DNA of 20,921 nt from Archangium sp. GTDB lineage: Bacteria > Myxococcota > Myxococcia > Myxococcales > Myxococcaceae. The position numbers were made by a program, and so were the translations under genes. Positions within the stretch are counted from its first letter, which is position 1; each line of letters begins with the position of its first letter. Below the pieces are notes generated by a model. The model did not search any database and was not told where the DNA came from. It was given only the letters and a program-made list of their open reading frames with translations. The stretch spans positions 1 to 20,921 of the forward strand of contig JANLPS010000267.1 in the NCBI GenBank assembly GCA_031367385.1, in the 5' to 3' direction. Positions 1-8,104 of this stretch are shown here, piece by piece.

Positions 1-256
1 CGGCGAGCGCCGCTGAGCGCTTGGCTGCCTGGTCTTCGGTTTCGCCTTCGGGAGCCTGCCAGCGCGCGGCGATTCGATGAACCAGGGTCTGCTGGTGGCG
101 GAGCAGCCCGTCGAACCTGGCGAAGCCCCTCAAATCGTTGACCTGGGTGAGCAGGGAGAAGCCCGCCCCGAGCAGAATCGCGACCGTGCCCGCGAAGGGC
201 CAACTCCAGGGGTGACCTCGCAACACGGAGAACCGAAATGCATGGGCGGTGCCCAT
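1..256 (-). CDS. 5' part of a membrane protein running off the window edge, possibly a sensor (histidine kinase/chemoreceptor-like) N-terminus
   Basis: Not in the ORF track. Manual translation from ATG at 256 is open to base 1: MGTAHAFRFSVLRGHPWSWPFAGTVAILLGAGFSLLTQVNDLRGFARFDGLLRHQQTLVHRIAARWQAPEGETEDQAAKRSAALA. It has one hydrophobic helix followed by an amphipathic helix loosely like the PilJ/NarX P-box (GRQRMLSQRIA). Confidence 0.55.
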   Translation of the reverse strand, partial: MGTAHAFRFSVLRGHPWSWPFAGTVAILLGAGFSLLTQVNDLRGFARFDGLLRHQQTLVHRIAARWQAPEGETEDQAAKRSAALA

Positions 257-340
257 TGGAGCCCCCTGAAAATGGGGGGCTGATGCGAGGTCAACGGCCA
301 CCGGCGGGGTCGCTCACACCCACCGTCGGCTGGGGTTTGC

Positions 341-367
341 GTAACCAAATCGCGGGTGCCGCGTTAC
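341..367 (+). promoter_or_regulatory. Candidate ECF-sigma promoter for msrA (GTAACC-N15-CGTTA), near-palindromic
   Basis: GTAACC at 341-346 and CGTT at 362-365 give AAC-N16-CGT, the typical ECF promoter architecture, ending about 10 nt before the msrA ATG. Confidence 0.4.
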
Positions 368-377
368 CCAAGGCACT

Positions 378-959
378 ATGCAAAGAACCGCACTTTTCTT
401 CGTGATTTCATTCATGCTCGCGGCGTTGGCGATGGCCGCTGAGCCCAGAAAGAAGGCTGATGTGAGCGCTGCAACGACCGAGACCGTGTACCTGGCAGGA
501 GGCTGTTTCTGGGGCATGGAAGACCTGCTGCGCAAGATACCCGGGGTGGTTGAGACGGAGGCCGGGTACACCGGTGGGTTTCTCGAGAACCCCAAGTACG
601 ACGACACCCACGACAGCAAGTCTGGGCACGCGGAGTCGGTGAAGGTGGTCTACGACCCCTCGAAGGTGAGCCTCGAGACCTTGCTCGCCGACCATTTTTT
701 CAAGATGCACGACCCCACCACCAAAGACCGGCAAGGCAATGACGTGGGCACGCAGTACCGTTCGGCGATTTTCTATTTTACAGACGCGCAGCGGGCGACG
801 GCGGAGGCGGTGAAGAAGAAGATCGAAGCCTCAGGCACCTGGAAGAAGCCGATCGTCACGGAGATCGCCAAGGCGACCAAGTGGTGGAAGGCGGAGGACT
901 ACCACCAGGATTACCTGCAGAAAAACCCGGGCGGGTACACCTGCCACTTCTATCGCTGA
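378..959 (+). CDS. msrA: Peptide-methionine (S)-S-oxide reductase MsrA with an N-terminal signal peptide
   Basis: AGGCFWGME catalytic motif, GYTGG, GHAESV, HDPT..RQGNDVGTQYRSAI, AEDYHQDY and C-terminal GYTCH. Signal-like N-terminus MQRTALFFVISFMLAALAMA-AEP. Confidence 0.97.
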   Translation: MQRTALFFVISFMLAALAMAAEPRKKADVSAATTETVYLAGGCFWGMEDLLRKIPGVVETEAGYTGGFLENPKYDDTHDSKSGHAESVKVVYDPSKVSLETLLADHFFKMHDPTTKDRQGNDVGTQYRSAIFYFTDAQRATAEAVKKKIEASGTWKKPIVTEIAKATKWWKAEDYHQDYLQKNPGGYTCHFYR

Positions 960-1780
960 AGGGCCTGCGCGAAGAACGGTGCGTGCTCGGCGAGCGTACG
1001 CACGTAGCCTTCGACGTCGGTCTTGGCCTCGGTCGACAGCTTGGCGAACGGCGTGACGTGCTCGGGTGGCACGTAGCGAAAGGTGAAGTTCAAGCGCCGG
1101 GTCTCGAAGTCTTTGACGTTGACGTCGAAGGTGACGCCGTCGCGGTGATCGACACGTTGCACGCGGTGAAAGGTGCGCCGCTTCCACCGGTCGCCGCCGA
1201 AAATTTGCATCGAGCCGTCGTCGAGCCATTGCTGATTGACGACGCCGTCGCGCTCGCCGGGCCGCTGGCTCTTGACGAACTGAAAGAGGGCGCGCTCGCC
1301 CAGCGAGAGGGAGGCGACGGGCCCAGGCTCGAAGTCGCGGTGCTCTCCGACGCGGGCGGTGTCGACCCACTTACCGCTCTCGTTTTTCTGCCCGTAGAAA
1401 TTCACCAGGCAGGTGTTGAGGTGCCAGCCGCGGGGCATGTCGACGACGTTGCGAAACATGCGGTGGGCGATGGCCTCGGCCTCTTTGACGATGCCCGCCA
1501 GCACGCGGGGAAAAGGCTCTGCCTCGACGCAGCGATCGTTTACGCCATGGGGTGGGCGGTAGTAATCAAGGCAGGCGAACTGCCAGTTGCCCAGCCAGTA
1601 CACGGGCCGCAGCAGGCTGCGCTGTGGTTGGTTGTCAGGGGGCGGGCGGAGGTGCGAATACCGCAGCTCCCAGAGCGGGTGAATGGTGCGTAACCACTCG
1701 AGAATTTCGGTGCGCTCGGCCGGTCGCAGAAACCGCGGGTCGTAATACAAACCGGGAGTCGCGCTGCGAAGAGAGTCCAC
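950..1780 (-). CDS. AlkB-family 2-oxoglutarate/Fe(II)-dependent dioxygenase
   Basis: CLVNFY, HRD (HxD), VASLSLG, distal His (FHRV) and RLNFTFR (RxNxTxR). Start reassigned to GTG at 1780, about 10 nt after AGGAG; the longer ORF-track start overlaps the divergent gene. Confidence 0.88.
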   Translation of the reverse strand: MDSLRSATPGLYYDPRFLRPAERTEILEWLRTIHPLWELRYSHLRPPPDNQPQRSLLRPVYWLGNWQFACLDYYRPPHGVNDRCVEAEPFPRVLAGIVKEAEAIAHRMFRNVVDMPRGWHLNTCLVNFYGQKNESGKWVDTARVGEHRDFEPGPVASLSLGERALFQFVKSQRPGERDGVVNQQWLDDGSMQIFGGDRWKRRTFHRVQRVDHRDGVTFDVNVKDFETRRLNFTFRYVPPEHVTPFAKLSTEAKTDVEGYVRTLAEHAPFFAQALQR

Positions 1781-1850
1781 CTGAGAGGGGCTCCTAGCGC
1801 ATGGTTTGCGGCACATCGAGGGGCAAAGTTGGGCTAGGTCTGCAAGGGCG

Positions 1851-3629
1851 ATGACCGACCCACGCCTGTTCGCCACCAACCCGGTGGCCACGCTCGAAGG
1901 CGTCAATCGGGCCAGACAAGCGCGTGGGGCGGGGCCGCAGATCTCGCTGGTGGTCTTTCACTTCGAGCAGACCCGGGTGATTCGGCTGGTCGAGGGGCAG
2001 GGCCTGGTGTTGGGCCGCGACCCGTCAGCCGAGATTTCGATCAGCGACGACAGCATCTCTCGGCGGCACGCGAGCTTCACTGTCAGCGCCGGCGTGGTCA
2101 CGGTGACCGACCTCGGCTCGACCAACGGCACGAAGCTCAATGGGGTCACCGTCGACAAGAAGGCGGTGGTCAGCGTCGGAGACGAGGTGACGGTGGGTGG
2201 GGTGACGGTCTCGATTCACGCGCTGGCTCCGCCGCAAACGCCGAAGCATGGAGTCTGGTCGCACGATCAATTCTTGGCGGCGCTCGATGAAGAGGTCGAG
2301 CGTGCGCACACCTTTCGGCGCACGGCCGCGGTGGTGATGGTGCACGCGGTCGACCCAGCCGGGCTGGCGAGCGCGCTTCGGGCCGGGCTGCGCTCGGTTG
2401 ACCGGTTGGCGCTCTACGGCGACGGCACCTTCGAGCTGTTGCTGCCCGAGCTGGGAGCGGCGCAGACGACGGCCTTCGTGAAGTCGTTGGCGATCGAGGG
2501 TCTGCTCGCAGGCATCGCGCTGTACCCCGATGACGGCACCTCGTCTGAGGCATTGCTCGAGACCTCTCGCGACGCGTTGCACCGGGCGGGCGCACAAGCA
2601 CCGGTTCAAGGGGCGACCGCCGAGCCCAAGGCGCAGCAGTCGGGCCTGATTTCAGTCAGCCCAGCGATGAGAGAGATCTTCGCGACGGTGGGCCGGGTGG
2701 CGAACTCGGTGCTGCCGGTGTTGATTCGCGGCGAGACCGGCACGGGCAAGGAGGTGCTGGCGCGGGCGCTCCATGATCAGAGCCCCCGGGCGAAGAACCG
2801 CATGGTCTGCATCAACTGCGGCGCGATACCCTCGACGCTGGTCGAGAGCGTGCTCTTCGGTCACGAGAAAGGGGCCTTCACCGGCGCGACTGCTTCGACG
2901 CGCGGCGTGTTCGAAGAGGCTGATGGGAGCACGGTGTTGCTCGACGAAGTGGCTGAGCTCTCGGCCCCGGCGCAGGCGGCGCTGTTGCGGGTGCTGGAGG
3001 CCAAAGAAGTGCGTCGCGTCGGCGCGAATCGGGAGACAACGGTCGATGTACGCGTGATCGCCGCGACGCACCGGGATTTGGATGCGATGGTGAAGGCCGG
3101 TACGTTTCGAGAAGACTTGATGTACCGGCTCAATGCGATGACGCTCGAAGTGCCGTCGCTGCGTGAGCGCCCCGAAGAGATTGGGCCCTTCACCGAGCGG
3201 TTCGTGAAGCTGGCCAACGTGGCCAACGGGCGTGAGGTCAGGGGGCTCGACGCTGAATCGATGCGCTTGCTGCTTCGCTACCCATGGCCGGGCAACATTC
3301 GCGAGCTGCGAAATGCGGTGGAGCACGCGGTGGTGGTGGCGCAGGGGGCGGTGGTGAAGCCGGTCGACCTGCCGAAGCGTATTCGAGAGTTCGCTTCGGC
3401 GGTGCTGCAGGCTCCGGTTGATGAACAGCCCGTCGCTGGTGCTGATTTGCGCGAGGGCGTTCAGAAATACGAGATGCAGGTGATTCTTGAAGCGCTCCGG
3501 GCGTGCAACGGCAACCGAACCGTTGCTGCCCGGAGGCTCCAAATACCGGTGAGAACGCTGTCACATAAGATTCGTCAATACGGCATCAAGAAGCTGGGCT
3601 TCGGCCTCGACGACGATGCCGCGAGTTGA
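1851..3629 (+). CDS. Sigma-54-dependent enhancer-binding protein: FHA + degenerate GGDEF-like domain + AAA+ + Fis-type HTH
   Basis: FHA motifs LGR..SISRRHA..DLGSTNGT. Walker A GETGTGKE, intact GAFTGA, Walker B LLDEV, FREDLMYRL, WPGNIREL, HTH GNRTVAARRLQIPVRTLSHKI. ATG at 1851 preferred. Confidence 0.93.
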   Translation: MTDPRLFATNPVATLEGVNRARQARGAGPQISLVVFHFEQTRVIRLVEGQGLVLGRDPSAEISISDDSISRRHASFTVSAGVVTVTDLGSTNGTKLNGVTVDKKAVVSVGDEVTVGGVTVSIHALAPPQTPKHGVWSHDQFLAALDEEVERAHTFRRTAAVVMVHAVDPAGLASALRAGLRSVDRLALYGDGTFELLLPELGAAQTTAFVKSLAIEGLLAGIALYPDDGTSSEALLETSRDALHRAGAQAPVQGATAEPKAQQSGLISVSPAMREIFATVGRVANSVLPVLIRGETGTGKEVLARALHDQSPRAKNRMVCINCGAIPSTLVESVLFGHEKGAFTGATASTRGVFEEADGSTVLLDEVAELSAPAQAALLRVLEAKEVRRVGANRETTVDVRVIAATHRDLDAMVKAGTFREDLMYRLNAMTLEVPSLRERPEEIGPFTERFVKLANVANGREVRGLDAESMRLLLRYPWPGNIRELRNAVEHAVVVAQGAVVKPVDLPKRIREFASAVLQAPVDEQPVAGADLREGVQKYEMQVILEALRACNGNRTVAARRLQIPVRTLSHKIRQYGIKKLGFGLDDDAAS

Positions 3630-3653
3630 GTGACAGCCGCTCACCAGCACTTT

Positions 3654-4067
3654 TCAGTGAAACAAGATGCCGGCGACGATCATCCACACGCCGACGCCGA
3701 TGCCTGCGATGCCCAAACGGCCCTGGTGAGGCGCGACCTTCGCCAACGTCTGGTCGAGCTTGGCCTGTGCCGCGGGCTGCTTGATGAAGGTCTTCATCAC
3801 GCCGATGCCCAGAATCAGGCCCAGCGCGGCGAGGAGAATCGAGTCAGCCAGCCACGTCGCCCAGTAAATCGGCCACGTGGTGAGCCAACCGATGTTCAAG
3901 ACCGCTGAGATGATTCCCCAGACGCCCCAGATGGCTGAGATCGCACCCATCCAGCCTTGAAAGGGGGCGAGCTTGCCCAGCATCTCTTTCGCGTCGGGTC
4001 GCTTCGCCAAAAGCAAGCTCGGCACTGCCAAAACGCCTAGCAAAATCAGCCAAATTCCGTTGATCAT
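3654..4067 (-). CDS. Small multi-pass membrane protein (137 aa) with an internal two-fold repeat, function unknown
   Basis: ATG at 4067 preceded by GGAGAA. About four hydrophobic segments. Halves KLAPFQGWMGAISAIWGVWGII and KVAPHQGRLGIAGIGVGVWMIV align. Confidence 0.85.
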   Translation of the reverse strand: MINGIWLILLGVLAVPSLLLAKRPDAKEMLGKLAPFQGWMGAISAIWGVWGIISAVLNIGWLTTWPIYWATWLADSILLAALGLILGIGVMKTFIKQPAAQAKLDQTLAKVAPHQGRLGIAGIGVGVWMIVAGILFH

Positions 4068-4128
4068 GTGTTCTCCGTTATGAGGGGCACTGCTCGAACT
4101 GCTGGGTACTGGGGTCGAGCCTACCTTG

Positions 4129-4144
4129 AGCACCGCCCATGCCA
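4129..4144 (-). promoter_or_regulatory. Sigma-54 (-24/-12) promoter for the small membrane protein gene
   Basis: Minus strand reads TGGCATGGGCGGTGCT, which is GG-N10-GC with TGGCA at -24, about 60 nt upstream of the ATG at 4067. Confidence 0.7.
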
Positions 4145-4208
4145 CGTATTTTTTCGAGAAACTTCGCGCACTTGCAGCCAGTCGTCAGTCAAGGCCCCCT
4201 TGCGCTCG

Positions 4209-4233
4209 TTGCCCGATCGGGCAATCGATTGCC
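4209..4233. promoter_or_regulatory. Two overlapping perfect palindromes, candidate enhancer (UAS) for an EBP
   Basis: TTGCCCGATCGGGCAA (4209-4224) and GGCAATCGATTGCC (4220-4233), about 90-115 nt upstream of the predicted sigma-54 start site near 4118. Confidence 0.55.
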
Positions 4234-4241
4234 GAGCTCAT

Positions 4242-6668
4242 ATGAGTGACGCGTCAAAAGACACGCTCCCGGCGAGCGGGCACATCGGCCGGGTGATCGG
4301 CAAATTTCGACTCGAACGGCGCCTGGGGAGCGGCGCGATGGGCGACGTGTTCTTGGGAGTTCACATCGCGCTGGGCAACCTCGTGGCGATCAAGATTCTC
4401 AACGCGACGGCGACGGCGGAGTCGACCGGCGTCGAGCGGTTCTTGAACGAGGCCCGCGCGGTGGCGGCGATCGGGCACGAGAACATCGCGTCGGTCATCG
4501 ACCAAGACCACCTGTCAGACGGCACTCCGTACATCGTGATGGAGTTCGTCGACGGTACGACCCTGCGCGACCTGTTGGTGGAGCGGCGGGCGTTGCCGTT
4601 GAGGTTGGCGGCGGAGCTGGCGATTGACACATTGGCGGCCCTGAGCGCGGCTCATGGCAAAGGCATCGTGCACCGCGACTTGAAGCCCGAGAACATTCGG
4701 GTGACGCCGAGCGGCCGGGCGAAGGTGCTCGACTTTGGAGTCGCCAAGTTGCTGCGCAGCCCGACGACGCAGCTTTCGACCGACGGAGCGATCATCGGGA
4801 CTCCGCACTACATGGCCCCGGAGCAGGTTGCGGCGGCGCCGATCGATGGGCGGGCAGACCTGTACGCGGTGGGGGTGTTGTTGTTCGAGTGCACGACCGG
4901 GCGTCGGCCGTTCGAGGGGCGCACGTTGATCGAGCTGCTGCAACAGCAGGTGCACGCGGCACCGCCCTGGCCGCATCAGCTCCGGCACGATCTCTCGCCC
5001 GCGCTCGAAGGGGTGATTCTCAAGGCGCTCGAGAAAGACCCGGCTCGGCGCTTTCAATCAGCCGATGAGATGGCCGCGGCCCTGCGGGCGATGTTGCCGA
5101 CGCTGACGACGAGTGAGGCGCCGGCCATGGAGGCGGGCGAGGGTGATGTGACGGCGACTCCGGGTGCGGGCGTCTACACGCCGACGCGAAAGGAGCTGCC
5201 GGTCGCGACGCCAGGCCTCGAGGCCAAGACGGAGCGGACTGGATCGGGGGGGCGTGGTGGGCAGTTGGTGGCGGTGTTCGTGGTGGTGCTGGGGCTGACG
5301 GTCGCGGCGGTGGTGGCGGTGCAGACGCAGCGGCAAGGCGTCATCGAGCTGGTGCCGATGGGTGGCTCGAGGCGGGTGACTCCGGGGAGCGCATTGGGCA
5401 CGGGTGGGGAGAGGGGCTCGATCGCGGGTTCGGGCGGTGTGGTTGGGGCGAACGGCGGCGTGAACGGGGTCGGGGCGAACGTGGGGGGCCCGGGCAACCG
5501 CGCGCTCATGGGCTCGGGCGGTGCGAACGCGGCCGGAGCGAACGCAGTGGGAGCTGTCGGCGGCAGCGCGGGTTCGGGCGGTGTAATCGCGGCGAACGGC
5601 GGCGAGAACGGGGCAGGAGCGAACGCGGCGGGCACGGGAGGCGGCGCCAACGCGGGTTCGGGCGAGGCGAGCGGCGGCGTGAACGGGGCCGGGGCCAGCG
5701 CGACGGGGGCCACCGGGGGGAGCGACTCGAACGTGGCCTCGGGCGGTGCGGTCGGGGCGGGAGCCGTTGGCGAGAGGGTCGGTTCTGGCGGTGTGGTCGC
5801 GGCGAACGGCGGCGAGACAGGGGCCGGAGCGCACGGGGCAGCAGCTGCCGCGGGGAAGGCGGGGTCGGGCGGTATGGTCGCGGCGAACGGGGCTGGCGCG
5901 AAGGTGGAGGGAGTTGCCGTCACGGGTGCGGCGAGCAAGGCGGGGAATGCCACTCGTGTGGGCGCCGGGGCGGGGCCGACGGTCTCGGCGGTCGGCGGGG
6001 CCGGAGCAGCACGAGCGCCCGGCTCGTCTGGCGGCACGGGGAAGAAGAATGGACCGACTGCTTCTGAACCCCACCCTGCCATCGCCAGCGCAGGCAAGGC
6101 CACGCCCGAGGCCTCAGGCGATGCAGTCAAACCGTCGACCGGTGGCGGAGTCGTGATCATCAACACCAAGGCCCAACTCGAAAACCTCCCCGCCGACTAC
6201 GACCCGAAGCACTTCGACGTCTTCGGGTACGCCGCGCGCGCGAGGGCTCTCGCTGCCGAGCGCATGAGCGACGCCATCTTGATCAACGTCGATGCCGACG
6301 GAGTCGCAGCCGATGGCCACGCCGACCTCACACTGAGTCGCGACTACGAGGCACGGTACTGGTTTCGCTCGCCCTCTCGCAGCGTGGTCAACCCCGCCTT
6401 GCCGGCGAGAGATCAAGACATCGTGTGCAAGGTCTACATCACCGCCACGGCCAAGGGCATCGAGCGGCACCTGGCGAGCTCGAGCGACGGCTGCACCGAG
6501 AAGCCGCTGCCCAAGTGGCGCTGCACCTTGCCGCAGGCGATGCAGAAGGGCGCGTCGCTGGGGGCTCGAACCGATCGCGTTGGCAAGGTTGCATTTCTCA
6601 CCGACGGCACGTGGCTGATTGACCAAGGCGACGGGCCAAACGAAACGATCTACTTTTCGTGCCCCTGA
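4242..6668 (+). CDS. Membrane-anchored Hanks-type Ser/Thr protein kinase with a Gly/Ala-rich extracytoplasmic stalk and Cys-containing C-terminal domain
   Basis: GSGAMG, VAIK, RFLNEAR, HRDLKPEN, DFG, GTPHYMAPE and DLYAVG motifs. Transmembrane segment LVAVFVVVLGLTVAAVVAV. Start at ATG 4242 (MSDASKDT). Confidence 0.93.
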   Translation: MSDASKDTLPASGHIGRVIGKFRLERRLGSGAMGDVFLGVHIALGNLVAIKILNATATAESTGVERFLNEARAVAAIGHENIASVIDQDHLSDGTPYIVMEFVDGTTLRDLLVERRALPLRLAAELAIDTLAALSAAHGKGIVHRDLKPENIRVTPSGRAKVLDFGVAKLLRSPTTQLSTDGAIIGTPHYMAPEQVAAAPIDGRADLYAVGVLLFECTTGRRPFEGRTLIELLQQQVHAAPPWPHQLRHDLSPALEGVILKALEKDPARRFQSADEMAAALRAMLPTLTTSEAPAMEAGEGDVTATPGAGVYTPTRKELPVATPGLEAKTERTGSGGRGGQLVAVFVVVLGLTVAAVVAVQTQRQGVIELVPMGGSRRVTPGSALGTGGERGSIAGSGGVVGANGGVNGVGANVGGPGNRALMGSGGANAAGANAVGAVGGSAGSGGVIAANGGENGAGANAAGTGGGANAGSGEASGGVNGAGASATGATGGSDSNVASGGAVGAGAVGERVGSGGVVAANGGETGAGAHGAAAAAGKAGSGGMVAANGAGAKVEGVAVTGAASKAGNATRVGAGAGPTVSAVGGAGAARAPGSSGGTGKKNGPTASEPHPAIASAGKATPEASGDAVKPSTGGGVVIINTKAQLENLPADYDPKHFDVFGYAARARALAAERMSDAILINVDADGVAADGHADLTLSRDYEARYWFRSPSRSVVNPALPARDQDIVCKVYITATAKGIERHLASSSDGCTEKPLPKWRCTLPQAMQKGASLGARTDRVGKVAFLTDGTWLIDQGDGPNETIYFSCP
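5424..5905 (+). repeat. Imperfect intragenic repeats encoding GSGG(V/M)(V/I)(A/G)ANGG(V/E)(N/T)GAGA
   Basis: DNA unit resembling gcgggttcgggcggtgtggtcgcggcgaacggcggcg recurs at about 5424, 5568, 5652 (partial), 5781 and 5859 with irregular spacing. Confidence 0.8.
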
Positions 6669-6686
6669 ACAGGCTTGGGAGAACCC

Positions 6687-8100
6687 ATGATTCGGAGACT
6701 CGCGCTCAGCCTGGTCACGCTGGCTGCCCCTCGGGCGGCCCCCCGGAGTCGGCACGACGGATGACGGTTCGCTTTCAGGCGCTGATGGCGGTTCGCGCCC
6801 CTCGACCGGGTGCCCCGCGCTCACCGGCGCGAATGGCACGGGCACGGTGCACTTCGATCTCCTCATGCAGTCAGAGACGTGGACGGCAGTAGGCAGCCCG
6901 CACCTGGTCTCGCACTTCGGTGGCACGCTGCAAGGCGGGTACACCATCACGGTCGAGCCCTGCGCGGTGTTGAAGATGTCTGCGGGCACCAACATCGTCG
7001 TACCGGGCTGGGCCAAATTCATCGCCAAAGGCACTGCCACGAGCCCGATTCTGATCGAGGCCGCCGACACTGAAGAGTGGGGCAGCCTGACTGTCGGTGC
7101 CGCGGGCCGCAACGTCACTCCGGGAGAGGTCGATCTGGCCTACGTCACACTGCGTCGCGGAGGCTTGCAAGACCCCAGCGACGGCGCCGCGAACTCCGAG
7201 GGCGGCGTGTTGGCGGTGCGGGGCGACGACCCGCAGCTCAATGGCCTGCCGACGGTCGCCAGCTTGAGGGTCGACCACGTGTCGATCGAAGACACTCCTG
7301 ACTGGGGGCTGAGGCTGGTTGAAGACGCGACCTTCACGAGCGACTCGACGGCCCTCACCATCAAGAACGCGAAGCGTGGCGCCGCTCGAATCGCGCTTCG
7401 GTCGATCTCAACCCTGCCGACGGTGACCTTGAGCGGCAACGGCAACGCCAATGCGATCATCATCGTCGAGGGCAACACGCTGCACGGGCCCGAGGCGTAC
7501 ACGTTGCACGATCGCGGCGTGACCTACGTGCTGGGTGACAAGACCGACAGCAATACCAACTCTTCGGTCGACGTTGGCAGCTCGACGAAGCCGGGCGGCA
7601 GCTTCACCATCGAGCCGGGGGTCACGCTCAAGATGTTCTCGAACTGGACGTTCGATGTTCAGGGCTCTGGCGTTTTCACCGCCAAGGGCACGGCGGCCAA
7701 ACCGATCGTGATGACCTCGGCCGAAGCGACGCCTCAGCCCGGCGACTGGGCGGGTGTCTTGCTGACCTCTTCGGGCGCGAGTGACATCGAGTACACGACC
7801 ATCGCGTACGGCGGTGGCCCGAGCAGCGCTTCGTTTTTGACCCACTGCGAGCTCGATGGGAGCCCCTCTTCGGCGGGGGCTCCGGAGTCGGCTGCGATTT
7901 TGCTCACGGTGGTGCCGACGAAGACCGTGTTGGCCCACAATACGATTCGCGATTCGAAGGCCTTCGGTATCAACGAAGCCTTCATCGGGGCGAAGGTCGA
8001 CTACACCGGCACGAATACGTTCACCAACAACGCGCTCTGCGCCCAGTCGACGCCGCAGCTCTCAGACAACGTATGCCCGGCCACGGTGACCTGCCCATAG
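6687..8100 (+). CDS. Secreted/lipoprotein with two beta-helix-like repeats; 5' end frameshifted (assembly error or pseudogene)
   Basis: GGGAGA-preceded ATG at 6687 encodes signal-like MIRRLALSLVTL but stops after 25 codons. The main body frame is open from 6691 to 8100. Duplicated motif T(V/I)EP(C/G)xxLKM...FxAKGTAxxPI...W. Confidence 0.7.
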
Positions 8101-8104
8101 GCGC

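Noticed and set aside
242..281. Two small hairpins (ATGGGC-GGT-GCCCAT and AGCCCCCT-GAAAAT-GGGGGGCT) as terminator or riboswitch
   Set aside because: No U-tract, located at the start of a divergent gene, and no resemblance to a riboswitch I can recognise. They could affect translation of the leftward gene, but this is unsupported.
881..1693. 270-aa plus-strand ORF
   Set aside because: Antisense shadow of the AlkB-like gene, which carries all the catalytic motifs.
5424..5905. CRISPR-like repeat array
   Set aside because: Repeats are degenerate, in-frame within a CDS, irregularly spaced, and there are no cas genes.
5174..6169. 331-aa Pro/Ala-rich repetitive ORF on the minus strand
   Set aside because: Antisense shadow of the Gly/Ala repeat stalk of the kinase, with no independent domain signal.
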